A stretch of 64,000 nt of DNA from a virus, in the IMG/VR virus record IMGVR_UViG_3300032267_001484. One strand, given 5' to 3'. Under the pieces are notes generated by a model. It ran no database searches. It saw only the letters and a list, made by a program, of their open reading frames with translations, and had not been told where the DNA came from. Positions 9,825 through 20,618 of the stretch are shown here, piece by piece. Numbering within the stretch: the stretch's first letter is position 1; every line of letters starts with the position of its first letter. The position numbers were made by a program, and so were the translations under genes.

Positions 9825-11123
9825 TTATTTTAAAAGTGATTCAGCTACATAGATTCCTTGTGCTCCTGATACTGTGATGCCACGAGCTGAAAGTGCATCA
9901 CCTACAAAGTGTACATTTGAATATTCGGTTAATGATAAATCATTGTAGTTAACTAATGGTTCAGGAGATAGATATTTTACCTCAGGCATATAAATTCCCC
10001 AATCATTATCAAATCCAAATACAATTTGCATTTCAGTAATGAAATTTTCAATATATTGAGCATATTTTTCACCTAATGCTTCGAATAAAACATCCATAGT
10101 ATCTACTTGTATAGCTGATACAGTATTACCTTCTGATGTAGATCCTGGTTGGCGTGTTTTGCTAGGTGAGTAGTAGGTACCAGTTCCATTAATTTGGAGT
10201 TTTTTAACTACATCTCTACTCCATTCAAATGGGTTATCAATACCCTTAATTTCCATTAAAATGCCAAAATTGGTCATTCTATTTTCGAATTCTTTACCTT
10301 TCTTGGCATGTCCATTGTAACTGACATCCCCATAAGTTTCTTCAACCGCCACATAAGCTGCGTTGTTATTAGTACAAAAGCTACGAAGGGATACATTATC
10401 AAATTTCTGATATAATTTAAAATCATAACTGATATCTATTAGTTTTTGGAAATATTTTTGTGGTGCCTCAAATCGAACTCCAATTTGTACTGATTTAGGT
10501 TCATTAGGTAATTTATAATCATCTGCTAATTTTTGAGCAAAATCAATACCTGATTTACCTACTGCAAATATTAATTCATCATAATGATAGTCACAATTTT
10601 TATTATCATATACTCCTACTATATAGTTATCTTTAAAATCAATTTTATTAATTTCAGTATTCCATTCAAATTTAACACCTTTATCAACTAAATATTGGTA
10701 CCATGCTTTAGCGATCTCGTGCAAGAAATTAGATCCAATATGCCATACAGGAAACATTCTTAAACCAAAGTATGGTTTAATCCATTTAGGTTCCTTTTTA
10801 GGATCAGACATGAATATTTCTTCTGGTTTAGGGTGGAAACGTCTAAAATTAGAAATAACTTGGTCCATTAATTCCATTGCTTTTTCCTCACCACAATACT
10901 TAGACAACTGACCTCCAATTTCTGTGTGGTAAGTTAATTTACCATCACTCCATCCACCAGCACCCAACATACCTGTCATTACTTCCTCAGGTAGGCGGTT
11001 AATAGGGTCGTTACCTTTATCAATAATGGTAATGTATTCACCAGGATAACCATTATCTACTAATTTAGTAGCGGCATTAATACCAGCTACACCAGCACCT
11101 ACAATAACAATTTTTTTACTCAT
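9825..11123 (-). CDS. FAD-dependent oxidoreductase
   Basis: Rossmann VGAGVAG, GAGGWSDGKL, SLRSFCTN, VHFVGD...RGI. Confidence 0.85.
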   Translation of the reverse strand: MSKKIVIVGAGVAGINAATKLVDNGYPGEYITIIDKGNDPINRLPEEVMTGMLGAGGWSDGKLTYHTEIGGQLSKYCGEEKAMELMDQVISNFRRFHPKPEEIFMSDPKKEPKWIKPYFGLRMFPVWHIGSNFLHEIAKAWYQYLVDKGVKFEWNTEINKIDFKDNYIVGVYDNKNCDYHYDELIFAVGKSGIDFAQKLADDYKLPNEPKSVQIGVRFEAPQKYFQKLIDISYDFKLYQKFDNVSLRSFCTNNNAAYVAVEETYGDVSYNGHAKKGKEFENRMTNFGILMEIKGIDNPFEWSRDVVKKLQINGTGTYYSPSKTRQPGSTSEGNTVSAIQVDTMDVLFEALGEKYAQYIENFITEMQIVFGFDNDWGIYMPEVKYLSPEPLVNYNDLSLTEYSNVHFVGDALSARGITVSGAQGIYVAESLLK

Positions 11124-11350
11124 TTATTTTCTTTTTTTACTATGGAAATAGATCCAGTATTTTCTTGAATTAAATTTTCTTCTAATATTTCTTCAACTAT
11201 AATAGGTTGTTCTTCAACTATTACAGGTGGTTGTTCTACAGGAGGAGGAGTTTTTACTATTACACTTGTTTTTTTACTCATATCACCTTCAAATTGAAGT
11301 TGTTGTGAACGACGAATTGCATTTTGATGATTTTTCATATATTTACCCAA
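11120..11350 (-). CDS. Hypothetical protein
   Basis: ORF track; overlaps both neighbours. Confidence 0.5.
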   Translation of the reverse strand: MGKYMKNHQNAIRRSQQLQFEGDMSKKTSVIVKTPPPVEQPPVIVEEQPIIVEEILEENLIQENTGSISIVKKENK

Positions 11351-11808
11351 TTTGGTTTGTTATTTAATTTTTTCCAAGATAAGTTCTTTACTTTGACCTT
11401 ATCCTCAATATAGAAGGTTTTATATGCTTCTATAGTATCTTGTTTTTGATATGTCTCAGGCATACATTGTGGTGGTGGTGTAAAACCATTATCATTAATT
11501 GATGGTTCATTGTCACGAAGCCACTCAAGTACGTCTTGTGTTTTGTGGTGTTTACCATAGCGTTTGGTAAATTCACTACAAATTTCCAAACCATGATTAA
11601 TTAACCAACGATAATGTTGAATAGATTCACGTACCCATTTAGTAGATGGGTGATTAACGTGTGCTCTTTTGTATGGAGCTTGTGAACCGGATTCCCAATG
11701 TGCTGTGGAACACATTTGAGCTGATTCAATTTGCATTTTACGAATGTGGTCGTCTGCTAGTTGTTGGGCTGCTGCGATTGGGTCTGCGTTGATGTAAAAT
11801 ATGTTCAT
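11335..11808 (-). CDS. Pyrimidine-dimer DNA glycosylase-like (DenV family) protein
   Basis: MNIF...KMQIESAQM, YKRAHVNHPSTKW, PPQCMP motifs. Confidence 0.7.
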   Translation of the reverse strand: MNIFYINADPIAAAQQLADDHIRKMQIESAQMCSTAHWESGSQAPYKRAHVNHPSTKWVRESIQHYRWLINHGLEICSEFTKRYGKHHKTQDVLEWLRDNEPSINDNGFTPPPQCMPETYQKQDTIEAYKTFYIEDKVKVKNLSWKKLNNKPNWVNI

Positions 11809-11839
11809 ACTATAAATGTATGAAATTTATTTTGCCCTT

Positions 11840-12853
11840 TTATTTAAATAATTCCTCTGGGTTGATTACGAGGGCTCCTTGATTAATAGAAGTATTATCT
11901 AGTATTGTTTTATTATCAATACCTTCTAGATTAATTTCTGAATATTTTAGATTCCCATTAGAAGTAACATTGACTAGATAGCCTGTATTAGGACCCATTT
12001 TATCAGTTATTTTTTTAGCTAAAATAAGTTTCATTAAAGCACCAGCTGCATCTTCTTCATCATCAATATTAACATCTTTAATCGATTGTAGCTTAGTTAC
12101 AATATTATCTACTTTTTTATATATAAGATCTATTAAAGGATAATTAGAAGCTATATTTCTAAGAGCAGTATTATTACTAAAAGTATTAAACGTTTTGAAA
12201 GCTTGTTTTATATCGTTTTTAGAAAACCTTAATGAATTAGCTTGTTTATCTTTACCTGTAGAGGAACTTACAGAAGATAACAATGAATGTAATCCAAATA
12301 AAGTATTTAATAATTCAAGATTTTCTTTATCAGATCCTATTCTACCAAAAGTCATACTTTTAGAATCATATGCTTTTACCTCAACACCTGTATTATCAAT
12401 AATTAAATCTGCTTTTCCACGGCCCGGATTTCCAATGACTGGTACTGGGGTGGTTTGATATACAAATAACCAATATAATGCTACTTCCCCATTGCCTGCT
12501 CCTTTAGATCCAGCAGATTCTACATCTTGGTCTTTTTTAGGAGGAGTTATAGGGTATAATGCTTTAAATATTTTTGCATCTTCACCATTTACATCAACAT
12601 TTTTTCCTAACACATATTTTTCTTTTACAGAAGGTATGTCACCATTAGGAAGAAGAAGATTTGCTTTATCTAAAGCATTTTTTATAACTTCATCATATTT
12701 TACATCACCTTCATTAAGGATATCGGTTTTATCTACATTAAATTCCTTTAAAATTTCATTTAATATAGAAACTTTAGTGGGATCGTTCATATCAACAATC
12801 CCATCGTGGCAACGAAATGACCACTCATTTAATATTTGATCTATAACTGTCAT
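11840..12853 (-). CDS. Hypothetical protein with a PD-(D/E)XK-like nuclease motif
   Basis: GNGEVAL...ADL-x6-VEVK; N-terminal DQILNEW leader. Confidence 0.5.
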   Translation of the reverse strand: MTVIDQILNEWSFRCHDGIVDMNDPTKVSILNEILKEFNVDKTDILNEGDVKYDEVIKNALDKANLLLPNGDIPSVKEKYVLGKNVDVNGEDAKIFKALYPITPPKKDQDVESAGSKGAGNGEVALYWLFVYQTTPVPVIGNPGRGKADLIIDNTGVEVKAYDSKSMTFGRIGSDKENLELLNTLFGLHSLLSSVSSSTGKDKQANSLRFSKNDIKQAFKTFNTFSNNTALRNIASNYPLIDLIYKKVDNIVTKLQSIKDVNIDDEEDAAGALMKLILAKKITDKMGPNTGYLVNVTSNGNLKYSEINLEGIDNKTILDNTSINQGALVINPEELFK

Positions 12854-12856
12854 ATT

Positions 12857-13381
12857 TTAAGCTTCAGCGGGTGGAGGTGTTTCTTCAGCTGGTGCTTCAG
12901 GAGCTGGTGTTTCAGCTGGTGTTTCTGGTGATTCGGGAGCACCTGCAGCAGCACTAAATGCTTCAGCGCCTGCATCAGCAGCAGCTACATCTGCTTTTTC
13001 TTGTATAGCATAACTTAATTCTAATAAGTCAGCTATACTTTGAGAAGCACGCTCTAGTTCACTTAGTTGCTGTACATTATATTTTTTACCTGCTACTTTA
13101 GCAGTGTAATTTTTTCTGCCGTCGTAAATTATATTAAATTCTTGCTCGTTAATTAATTTAACACTAAATGTTGTTGGTTTTGGGGCAACTAATTTAACAT
13201 CAGAAACAAAACGACCAAATGATGGAGACATTAATTCTTCTATCACTTTTTTCAAACCAGGAAAACGATGTACTAAATACATTGATTTAACAGCTCGCTT
13301 TTCTTTTTCCTCTTGCTCAGCAAGAGCTTTGCGTACTGCTACCTTAATATATTTTTCTATTAATAGTTTTTTACTCATCAT
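12857..13381 (-). CDS. Hypothetical protein with Ala/Pro/Glu-rich tail
   Basis: ORF track. Confidence 0.6.
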   Translation of the reverse strand: MMSKKLLIEKYIKVAVRKALAEQEEKEKRAVKSMYLVHRFPGLKKVIEELMSPSFGRFVSDVKLVAPKPTTFSVKLINEQEFNIIYDGRKNYTAKVAGKKYNVQQLSELERASQSIADLLELSYAIQEKADVAAADAGAEAFSAAAGAPESPETPAETPAPEAPAEETPPPAEA

Positions 13382-13814
13382 CTTTTAATTCATGGAATCC
13401 TTGAGCAGCTTGTTCAATATAATTTTCTGCATTGGTAATATGGTCTTGAATCCATCCAGGAATGTCACGCTCAACACCTCCTATTTTATTAGATAATTCC
13501 ATAGCCGCTTTAGCAATAGCTTTAAGGCTATTTTGTGCCATAGCTACTTCATGATCACCACTTTCTTTAAGGTTTTTAGCTATAACGTCACGACGATGTT
13601 TAAGGTATTTATCTGTTTTATTTACTTTACCATCATTATTGATATCATCATCTTCTTTTCCTACAGGATCTAACCCTTCAGCTTTAGAAGCAGCAATAGC
13701 ATACATTGCAGGATCATTCTTTTTAAATTTACCTGTTTTCTTTAATGATTTAACTATTTTTTCTTCTTTAGCAGATAAATTTCTCTCAGCAATAAGATCG
13801 ATAAGTTTTATCAT
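13371..13814 (-). CDS. Hypothetical protein with an EF-hand/dockerin-like loop
   Basis: [12 protein letters not shown] motif; leader [10 protein letters not shown]. Confidence 0.55.
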   Translation of the reverse strand: MIKLIDLIAERNLSAKEEKIVKSLKKTGKFKKNDPAMYAIAASKAEGLDPVGKEDDDINNDGKVNKTDKYLKHRRDVIAKNLKESGDHEVAMAQNSLKAIAKAAMELSNKIGGVERDIPGWIQDHITNAENYIEQAAQGFHELKDDE

Positions 13815-13821
13815 TTTATTT

Positions 13822-14409
13822 TTATTTAGCTACTACTTTTTTAAGAATAGCACCAGCTACTTTTTGACCGGCTTCTTTTGAACCATATTGTTTAGCAGCA
13901 GATTTAGCTATTTTAGCAAATCCTTTACCAGGTTTACCTACATCTTCACCTTTTTCAAAGCGTGCTTCGTCTAATTCAGCTTTTTTTTTGTCGTCTTCTT
14001 TCTTATCGTCTTTTTTAGCAGCTTTTTTATCATCCTTCTTTGCAGCAGGCTTTTTAGGAGCTTTTTCGATAAGACCCATCATTTCTTTGATCTTTTCAGT
14101 TTCAGTTTTAATTCTATTATCTACTTCACTGATTTGATTATCCAACATTTCAGATAAACGAGCATGGGCTTCTTTAATTTTATTATATTCAGTAACGAAT
14201 TTTTGCATATGAGCATATTCAGCTACGAATTGTTGATCACTACCTTCAGAGATTTGGTATTGGCCTAAAGATTCTTTCATTTTCTTTAAACCTTCCATTT
14301 CTATTTTAAGATGTTTTAATTTACCACCACTTTTTGGTATTTCACCTTTTTCTGCCATTGCTTCGGCAATTGTTTGACGTATAATATTACGTACTTCGTT
14401 GATATTCAT
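13822..14409 (-). CDS. Hypothetical Lys-rich protein
   Basis: Likely start [12 protein letters not shown] downstream of the ATATTTAT motif; KKDDKK repeats. Confidence 0.6.
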   Translation of the reverse strand: MNINEVRNIIRQTIAEAMAEKGEIPKSGGKLKHLKIEMEGLKKMKESLGQYQISEGSDQQFVAEYAHMQKFVTEYNKIKEAHARLSEMLDNQISEVDNRIKTETEKIKEMMGLIEKAPKKPAAKKDDKKAAKKDDKKEDDKKKAELDEARFEKGEDVGKPGKGFAKIAKSAAKQYGSKEAGQKVAGAILKKVVAK

Positions 14410-14443
14410 GATTTTATTTTTGTTGTGTTTATGTGTATAAATA

Positions 14444-15466
14444 TTATAAAGTTTCATCTAGATTGTCTAATCCAGTATCGTCTTTCATTAAATCGCGTTT
14501 TATGTCGCGCATTGTATCCATTGCCCATTTGCGTTGAAGTGGTTTTAAAGTACCATTAATTGCATTTTCGATGAATGGGAAAAATTCATCATCAATTAAT
14601 TTATATACTTCAGCAAAAAACAATTCACGAACACGTGGATCATCTACATCGCTTTCATTATATAAAGCAGATATAGCATCATAAATAAATTTGCCATACT
14701 GTAAATCACGAGGTTCATTCGATAATTTGTCCACAGCACCAACAATGGCTTGGTTTTTTTCTTTATCGGCTCCAAAGCCTTCAGTTCCAACAATTTCATA
14801 TAATCCTTTTACTATTTCATGTACTAACATTGGGAAGCAAATCGCTTTAGCTTTAATAACGAATTGCTCATTTTCCTCATCATATTCCATTTCACTTTCA
14901 CCACCTGCCATTTTTTGACCTTGTGCTAATGCAGCTAACATCATTGCAATGGCGTTTTCATCATCATAAATACCAAATGCTAATTTTAATATTTCATTGT
15001 ATTTATCTATTAATGCTGGGTTGATTTCATTGAGATATTCTCTAAATAGCATAAATCCAAAAGCACCCCTAATTGAGGCACCTTGTGTGATACCGTTGAT
15101 AATACGGCGTTTTGCTTTTTCAGTTTCTTTAGTTTCAGGCATATCCTCTATGCTTACTTCACCTGGGCTTGGTTGAATATTTAAATCATTCATTCCAACT
15201 ATTTTAGCATCAATTTTGATGTTTGCATAGTCGATAATTGGATAAGCATCAGTTACCATTTGAGCAGCTACCATTTCGAGTTCATCACGATATCCATCTT
15301 CGGCTTGGATAATTTCATCTAATACCGCTTTAGACTTAACTAAGGCTTGCATTAAATTTTTATCACCAAGCATTTGACGTAATGATTGGCCTGATTTGCC
15401 TTTTAGGGCAGCCATTGTGCTAGGTGAAAATATTTTCTCGTAATCTACTTCTACTAAACGTCCCAT
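14444..15466 (-). CDS. Hypothetical protein
   Basis: 340 aa ORF; KRRIINGITQG and FPMLVHEIVKG motifs. Confidence 0.65.
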   Translation of the reverse strand: MGRLVEVDYEKIFSPSTMAALKGKSGQSLRQMLGDKNLMQALVKSKAVLDEIIQAEDGYRDELEMVAAQMVTDAYPIIDYANIKIDAKIVGMNDLNIQPSPGEVSIEDMPETKETEKAKRRIINGITQGASIRGAFGFMLFREYLNEINPALIDKYNEILKLAFGIYDDENAIAMMLAALAQGQKMAGGESEMEYDEENEQFVIKAKAICFPMLVHEIVKGLYEIVGTEGFGADKEKNQAIVGAVDKLSNEPRDLQYGKFIYDAISALYNESDVDDPRVRELFFAEVYKLIDDEFFPFIENAINGTLKPLQRKWAMDTMRDIKRDLMKDDTGLDNLDETL

Positions 15467-15729
15467 TATTTTTTAGATTTAAAGCGTGCTACTATTTTAT
15501 TAAGCATTTCTTCTTCATTCATTGCCTTAGGTGCTATTTTAGGAGCCGTAGTTGGGTTACCTAATGGGCGACGAGGTTTTGGTTTACCTGTATCAGGTTT
15601 ACCAGGTGCTACTTCAGGACCAGGTTTTTCTTTTGGTTTTGCAGGAGCCGGAGCATTTTCAGCTAATACCTTATCAACGATTTCACGAATTATTTCTTTA
15701 AGTTTATTTTTGTCCATTTTTCTTTTCAT
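15466..15729 (-). CDS. Pro/Lys-rich hypothetical protein
   Basis: Leader LKEIIREIVDKVLAE. Confidence 0.55.
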   Translation of the reverse strand: MKRKMDKNKLKEIIREIVDKVLAENAPAPAKPKEKPGPEVAPGKPDTGKPKPRRPLGNPTTAPKIAPKAMNEEEMLNKIVARFKSKK

Positions 15730-18346
15730 TTATATGTTTGCGTAATATTTGCTTAAATTCAGTTATGTGTTTAGGATTGCGATCAAAATATTCATTTGTA
15801 ATGTAACGATGAACCTCTGCCAAATTGCGTTGTTGAAGTGCTTGAAGTAACTGAGATGGGCTATCTAATGGGTACGCACCGTTATTAGTAATAAGCCAAT
15901 GGGAGTTACCCGGTTGTGCTACTACAGACGCTATTGTTTGTAGTCCTCCTGGGCCGCCATTTGGTGTTCGTATAATATATACGCTACTAGGTCCAAATTC
16001 ATAAACAGCCATTACTCGTCCAGCATTTCCTAATATATTATTACGGCGAGAAGCACCTCTGTCATTTGGTACAGGTAATTGTCTGCCATCCATTCTAAAT
16101 TTTCTAAGAATTGATGGAGGTAGAGCAGTAAACCCTGGGGTTAATCCTATTGGACCTGTTATAGCGGTTAAACGTGTTCCCTCTCCAGCAGGTTCTGCTG
16201 GTTGTGCTTGTGGTTGGCGAGGAGCATTTTGTACACCTGCTGGTCTACCTCTTCTTGCTCTAGCAGCATCGTTAGCTTGTGCTACTGCTTGACCAGGAGC
16301 TTGTTGTGGTTGACGACCTAATAATTGTGCTGCTAAAGGAGTTGATATACTTGCTTGTTTTAAATTGTTTCTACTAGAGGATAGCATTAAACTCTCTCTT
16401 GGATTTTGAGTATTAACAACATAAACATTACCTTCTCTTTCAACAACTCTATATCTGTTATCGGCATTAACTGGTGGATTATTTCTTGCAAATACTCTTT
16501 TAGATTCTATATTTACTGCGCTTCTTAAGATTTCTAATAATTCATTATCATTAAATGATTTATTTGTTTGTCTTAAATAGTTAAAGTAAGATGTCATCAT
16601 CTCATTACTAATATTACCACGCATTGTTATCCTTCCCCCTTCATCATATTTACTTACTGATGTAATATAATTGGAAAAACTATTAGGATTAGCCCACATA
16701 ATAAAGAAAGGAATAGGGCCATCAGCAGTTAATACTACTGTCGGTTGTTCTCTAGGAATTTGAATTATTCTTTTACTAGAAGGAATTGAATTAATAATAT
16801 TTTTTAATGCTCCTTTATCTATAGTAGGAGGAATATCATCATTTGTTTTAAATAAATTTAAAGCATTTTGTTGGAATGATTCATTATCTTTAGCATCATT
16901 AAATATTTGTTGTACTTCTTCATTATCAAAAGGTACAGAAGATATTTTACCACTATCATCTATCTTATATGAAGAGAATGAATTTGAATCTAATATAATT
17001 TCACCACCTTCTACTGGTTTAACTATAATAGCTGAATTTGGATCTTCTTTAGCATTATTTAATATTCTTGTAATGAAATCATTATCAATTACTTCATCTT
17101 CAGCTAATTTTAATAAATTCCTTAATGGAATTTTATCTAGTTCTGGGTATTCTAGGAGGTATTTTGCAGTGCGTTTATTTAATTTAATATTTGGATATTC
17201 ATCATCTTCAGTATACAATCCAACTTTAATATTATCTCCTAGTGTTAATAAAACAATAGCTTGATTATCTTTAGTTACATATAATCTTTGATTAGGTTGT
17301 AATTGAAATTTATCCGTTTTAACAAGATATTTTTTAAGATCAAATGATAAGTCTGATTTAAGATATTTAATATCAAATTTGTCTCTTATTTGTTTAGCTA
17401 TAGATAATTGATCTTGTTTTGAAAATTTATCTAAATATTGTATTAGTGTTGTAATTTTAATGATCCCTGATGTTCCTGCTACCATAGCAGCTATTTGGGG
17501 ATATTGAGGTAAGTATTTAGAAATAAATAATTCATCAGATATATCACTAAATAACTGGCTGCTTTGCCCTGCTCTAACATTTAGATATCGTTTTTTAATA
17601 TCAAATGGTTCTTTTATCCATTGTTTAATATCAATAGGATTTCGCTGATATAATTGGGCTGATTTTTCAGCTTTAGAAAAAGGAATATATTTTAAAATAT
17701 TTTTTAAATTAGGAATATCTCTTAACCAAGGAACTCTATTAAGTAATTCTTCCCAACTAAATGGACCTTCCATTCCTGGGTTGTTATTTCTATTGGTAAA
17801 TTTATATTGACCGTTGCTTAGGGTTTGTAAAGAAACAAAACTTAATTTATCACTATCAGGTAAATTACTATTTTTAGCTAGATAAAATGTAGGGTAGCTG
17901 TAATCAGAACCATATCTATATTGTCCCCAATAACTACCCCCAGGTCTAGTAATACACCATCTTTCTCCAGCACCATAAGTAATACAATTATCTTGTTTAG
18001 CACCATTCCAAATAGTAATACCATTATCATTATACACTACATCTGGTGTGTCATCTTCTAGTTCTTCTTCATCAGGTAATTCAGCTCCGGGTGATGAAGT
18101 AACTAATTTAATTAGTTTTGATAAAGAATATTTACGTAAATCTTTATCTGTTACTTTAGGAGAATTTTTTAATACATCAAAACGTTCAATATATTTTTTT
18201 AATTGTGCATCACTAACCTGGATATTTAGGTCTTCAGCTTCTTCCTTAAATTGAGCCATTAATCTTTTTATTTCCCCTTCTGAATATTCATTTAGAGGAA
18301 ATAAATTATGTACAACGTGTAATATAAATTTATCTATTGCTCTCAT
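15704..18346 (-). CDS. Large hypothetical protein (880 aa)
   Basis: Long ORF; YGAGERWCIT motif and a single RRGRP AT-hook-like motif. Confidence 0.7.
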   Translation of the reverse strand: MRAIDKFILHVVHNLFPLNEYSEGEIKRLMAQFKEEAEDLNIQVSDAQLKKYIERFDVLKNSPKVTDKDLRKYSLSKLIKLVTSSPGAELPDEEELEDDTPDVVYNDNGITIWNGAKQDNCITYGAGERWCITRPGGSYWGQYRYGSDYSYPTFYLAKNSNLPDSDKLSFVSLQTLSNGQYKFTNRNNNPGMEGPFSWEELLNRVPWLRDIPNLKNILKYIPFSKAEKSAQLYQRNPIDIKQWIKEPFDIKKRYLNVRAGQSSQLFSDISDELFISKYLPQYPQIAAMVAGTSGIIKITTLIQYLDKFSKQDQLSIAKQIRDKFDIKYLKSDLSFDLKKYLVKTDKFQLQPNQRLYVTKDNQAIVLLTLGDNIKVGLYTEDDEYPNIKLNKRTAKYLLEYPELDKIPLRNLLKLAEDEVIDNDFITRILNNAKEDPNSAIIVKPVEGGEIILDSNSFSSYKIDDSGKISSVPFDNEEVQQIFNDAKDNESFQQNALNLFKTNDDIPPTIDKGALKNIINSIPSSKRIIQIPREQPTVVLTADGPIPFFIMWANPNSFSNYITSVSKYDEGGRITMRGNISNEMMTSYFNYLRQTNKSFNDNELLEILRSAVNIESKRVFARNNPPVNADNRYRVVEREGNVYVVNTQNPRESLMLSSSRNNLKQASISTPLAAQLLGRQPQQAPGQAVAQANDAARARRGRPAGVQNAPRQPQAQPAEPAGEGTRLTAITGPIGLTPGFTALPPSILRKFRMDGRQLPVPNDRGASRRNNILGNAGRVMAVYEFGPSSVYIIRTPNGGPGGLQTIASVVAQPGNSHWLITNNGAYPLDSPSQLLQALQQRNLAEVHRYITNEYFDRNPKHITEFKQILRKHINEKKNGQK

Positions 18347-18349
18347 ATT

Positions 18350-18952
18350 TTACCATTTTCTACAAGACCAGTATCTAGCTTTAGTACGTGGTCCTGGGTT
18401 AGCACAATTATGTCTTGCTCTGAATGCTTTACGGCGTTTAGGATTATTTTTCTTTATATTCATCCCCTTAGCACCAAAGTTTACTTTTACAACTTTATCT
18501 GTTTTAGGATTTTTAACATATACTTTAAATTTCTTACTGTCACCGCGCATTGGTTTACCTAATGGTACTGTACGACCTTGGTACTTGGTCTCCAACATAC
18601 AATCACAAGTAGCTTCGTTTAATTGTTGTTGATATTCTTTCATGAATTCAATGAATTCTCTTAAATCATCTTCATTTTCAACATCATATTCATCTACTTG
18701 AATACTACTATTTTGATTGCTATTATCCTGATCGCATATATGGCAAAGATAAGGATTTTGTCCTCCCGTTGCTAGATCCCATGTATGTCCACATTTTTCA
18801 CATTTAATTTCACCGTCTATAATATCTTCATTAACAGGAACACAATTATTTACACGTTCACCTGTTCTAGATGATATTTTAGTTTTAGGATTACCTTTTT
18901 TGTAACCCGGCCAACATTTCATTTCTTCTATAAGGTCTAATAATTTAACCAT
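18350..18952 (-). CDS. Hypothetical protein with Zn ribbon and basic C-terminal domain
   Basis: CEKC...CHIC; VKVNFG...FRARHNC...ARYWSCRKW. Confidence 0.65.
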   Translation of the reverse strand: MVKLLDLIEEMKCWPGYKKGNPKTKISSRTGERVNNCVPVNEDIIDGEIKCEKCGHTWDLATGGQNPYLCHICDQDNSNQNSSIQVDEYDVENEDDLREFIEFMKEYQQQLNEATCDCMLETKYQGRTVPLGKPMRGDSKKFKVYVKNPKTDKVVKVNFGAKGMNIKKNNPKRRKAFRARHNCANPGPRTKARYWSCRKW

Positions 18953-19058
18953 TTGAAAACTTTTTTAATACTTCCAAATTTTGTTTAATTCTCTTAGCAT
19001 GTTTAAGACCATTTTTTCTTGATTTCATTGGTCTTGGTTTAGGTGCTGCATTTGCCAT
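18945..19058 (-). CDS. Small basic protein (37 aa)
   Basis: Manual translation MANAAPKPRPMKSRKNGLKHAKRIKQNLEVLKKFSNG; fills the intergenic gap. Confidence 0.55.
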   Translation of the reverse strand: MANAAPKPRPMKSRKNGLKHAKRIKQNLEVLKKFSNG

Positions 19059-19067
19059 ATTATTAAT

Positions 19068-19301
19068 TTATTTTTCGTGCCACCAATTACAACAGTATTC
19101 ATCTGGATTTTCAGGTATTTCTGCTTTACCATCATGCCATTTGAGCCAATATTTGTTATTGCATTCATTACCTTTCTCAATCCAATATTCACAATTTTTA
19201 CACATTGAACCACCTTTAGTTACCTTCATACCTGGCTGATGATTAGCTGGGTATTCTGCTATTCCTTCTTGGAGTTTAAGTAGTTCAAGTAAGCTATACA
19301 T
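19068..19301 (-). CDS. Small Cys-rich, putative metal-binding protein
   Basis: CKNCEYW...C...YCCNWW. Confidence 0.55.
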   Translation of the reverse strand: MYSLLELLKLQEGIAEYPANHQPGMKVTKGGSMCKNCEYWIEKGNECNNKYWLKWHDGKAEIPENPDEYCCNWWHEK

Positions 19302-19696
19302 TATTTAAGGAATTTAAGTTTATATATAGTACTAGCAATTAATGCTACTACTTCATCAATTTGATTCTGAATATAGGAGTCTTGAGGCATAGTTTGGCGA
19401 GCTCTTTCTACATACACGTCTAGTGCTCTAAAATATTTAATTACCTCATTACAATCATTTCCTTCTAGTAAGTCAACATTACTATAGCCAGTAATAATAC
19501 CATATTTACCTTGTACAGATTCAGCAATACCATCTGCTAACCCTATAATTTCATCATAATATTCATTTAATGCTTTGTGAGCAGCAAATGAATTTGTTTG
19601 AAGATGAAATATGTGTGCTTGTGTTCTAGAAGCAAACAAAGTTGAAATAAATTGACCTAATATTGGTGAAGGTCCGGCCAGTGGAGATATGTTCAT
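19301..19696 (-). CDS. Ferritin/Dps-like four-helix protein
   Basis: QAHIFHLQT..FAAHKALNEYYD...IAE, IDE...YKL. Confidence 0.7.
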   Translation of the reverse strand: MNISPLAGPSPILGQFISTLFASRTQAHIFHLQTNSFAAHKALNEYYDEIIGLADGIAESVQGKYGIITGYSNVDLLEGNDCNEVIKYFRALDVYVERARQTMPQDSYIQNQIDEVVALIASTIYKLKFLK

Positions 19697-19698
19697 AA

Positions 19699-19989
19699 TT
19701 ATCCTTTTAATTTAGTATTTTCATGAGTAAGAAATTCAACTTTAGTACGTAATTCAGCTACTTCAGCTGTTAATCTTAAAATGAGGGATCTCATTTCTTC
19801 TTTTTCACGGGATGATTCTTCCAATAATGCTTCTAATTTAGTAATGCGATCTTTACAATCATGGCGAATAAAATCTTCATCTTTTTCACGATGCATCGCT
19901 CTTCTTTCATAATAACGAAAGGCGGTAGTTCCGCCTAAAATTGTTATTGCTGTGACGAGGACCGTCCACATATTGTTTGTTTCTTCCAT
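19699..19989 (-). CDS. Membrane protein with coiled coil (possible holin)
   Basis: Single N-terminal TM plus heptad repeat. Confidence 0.45.
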   Translation of the reverse strand: MEETNNMWTVLVTAITILGGTTAFRYYERRAMHREKDEDFIRHDCKDRITKLEALLEESSREKEEMRSLILRLTAEVAELRTKVEFLTHENTKLKG

Positions 19990-20033
19990 TTACTTATAGA
20001 TTGATTTAATTAGTAAATCATTACCTATAAATA

Positions 20034-20618
20034 TTAGTCTCCAATATGTTCTTTAAGTTTTTGTATGTATTCTTGTATTTCTGTGGTGATTTTTTGTTTA
20101 TCTATGCCTTTACCAGCCCATTTTTCAATATCACCTGCTTCAGTAACAAAACCTTCATTTGTTTCTTCCAATGCAATTTCTAGTATAATATTTTCAAGAT
20201 CTTTAATATAGGCTTTAACACCACGAGTTGTTAAACTGCGAGCATATTCTTCAAATTGTCCTGTGCGTTTTAATTCAGTTTCCATTATAACAACACAATC
20301 AAAGCACATTTTGTGGATAGACCACATTTTTTTATTTAAAGTATGGTTTTTCATTGCATTACCACAATTAGGACAAGAAAGTGGCAAATGAATATATTCT
20401 TTTAATTTATCTAAGCGCGTAACTGTTTGTTTAATACCATTTTTAATGGTCCACTTTTTACCAGCCTCCTCCCACACATCACCCTCTTTATGGTTAATTT
20501 GCGCTTTAGAATAACCTATCTGCGTTGTTGTTTTAGCGGTGTAATCCTTAGTGATAATATTACGCATACGTTGAACATCACGCTCACGAAATTCACGCTG
20601 CAACATTGATTCACTCAT
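20034..20618 (-). CDS. Hypothetical Zn-finger protein
   Basis: CPNC...CFDC. Confidence 0.6.
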   Translation of the reverse strand: MSESMLQREFRERDVQRMRNIITKDYTAKTTTQIGYSKAQINHKEGDVWEEAGKKWTIKNGIKQTVTRLDKLKEYIHLPLSCPNCGNAMKNHTLNKKMWSIHKMCFDCVVIMETELKRTGQFEEYARSLTTRGVKAYIKDLENIILEIALEETNEGFVTEAGDIEKWAGKGIDKQKITTEIQEYIQKLKEHIGD

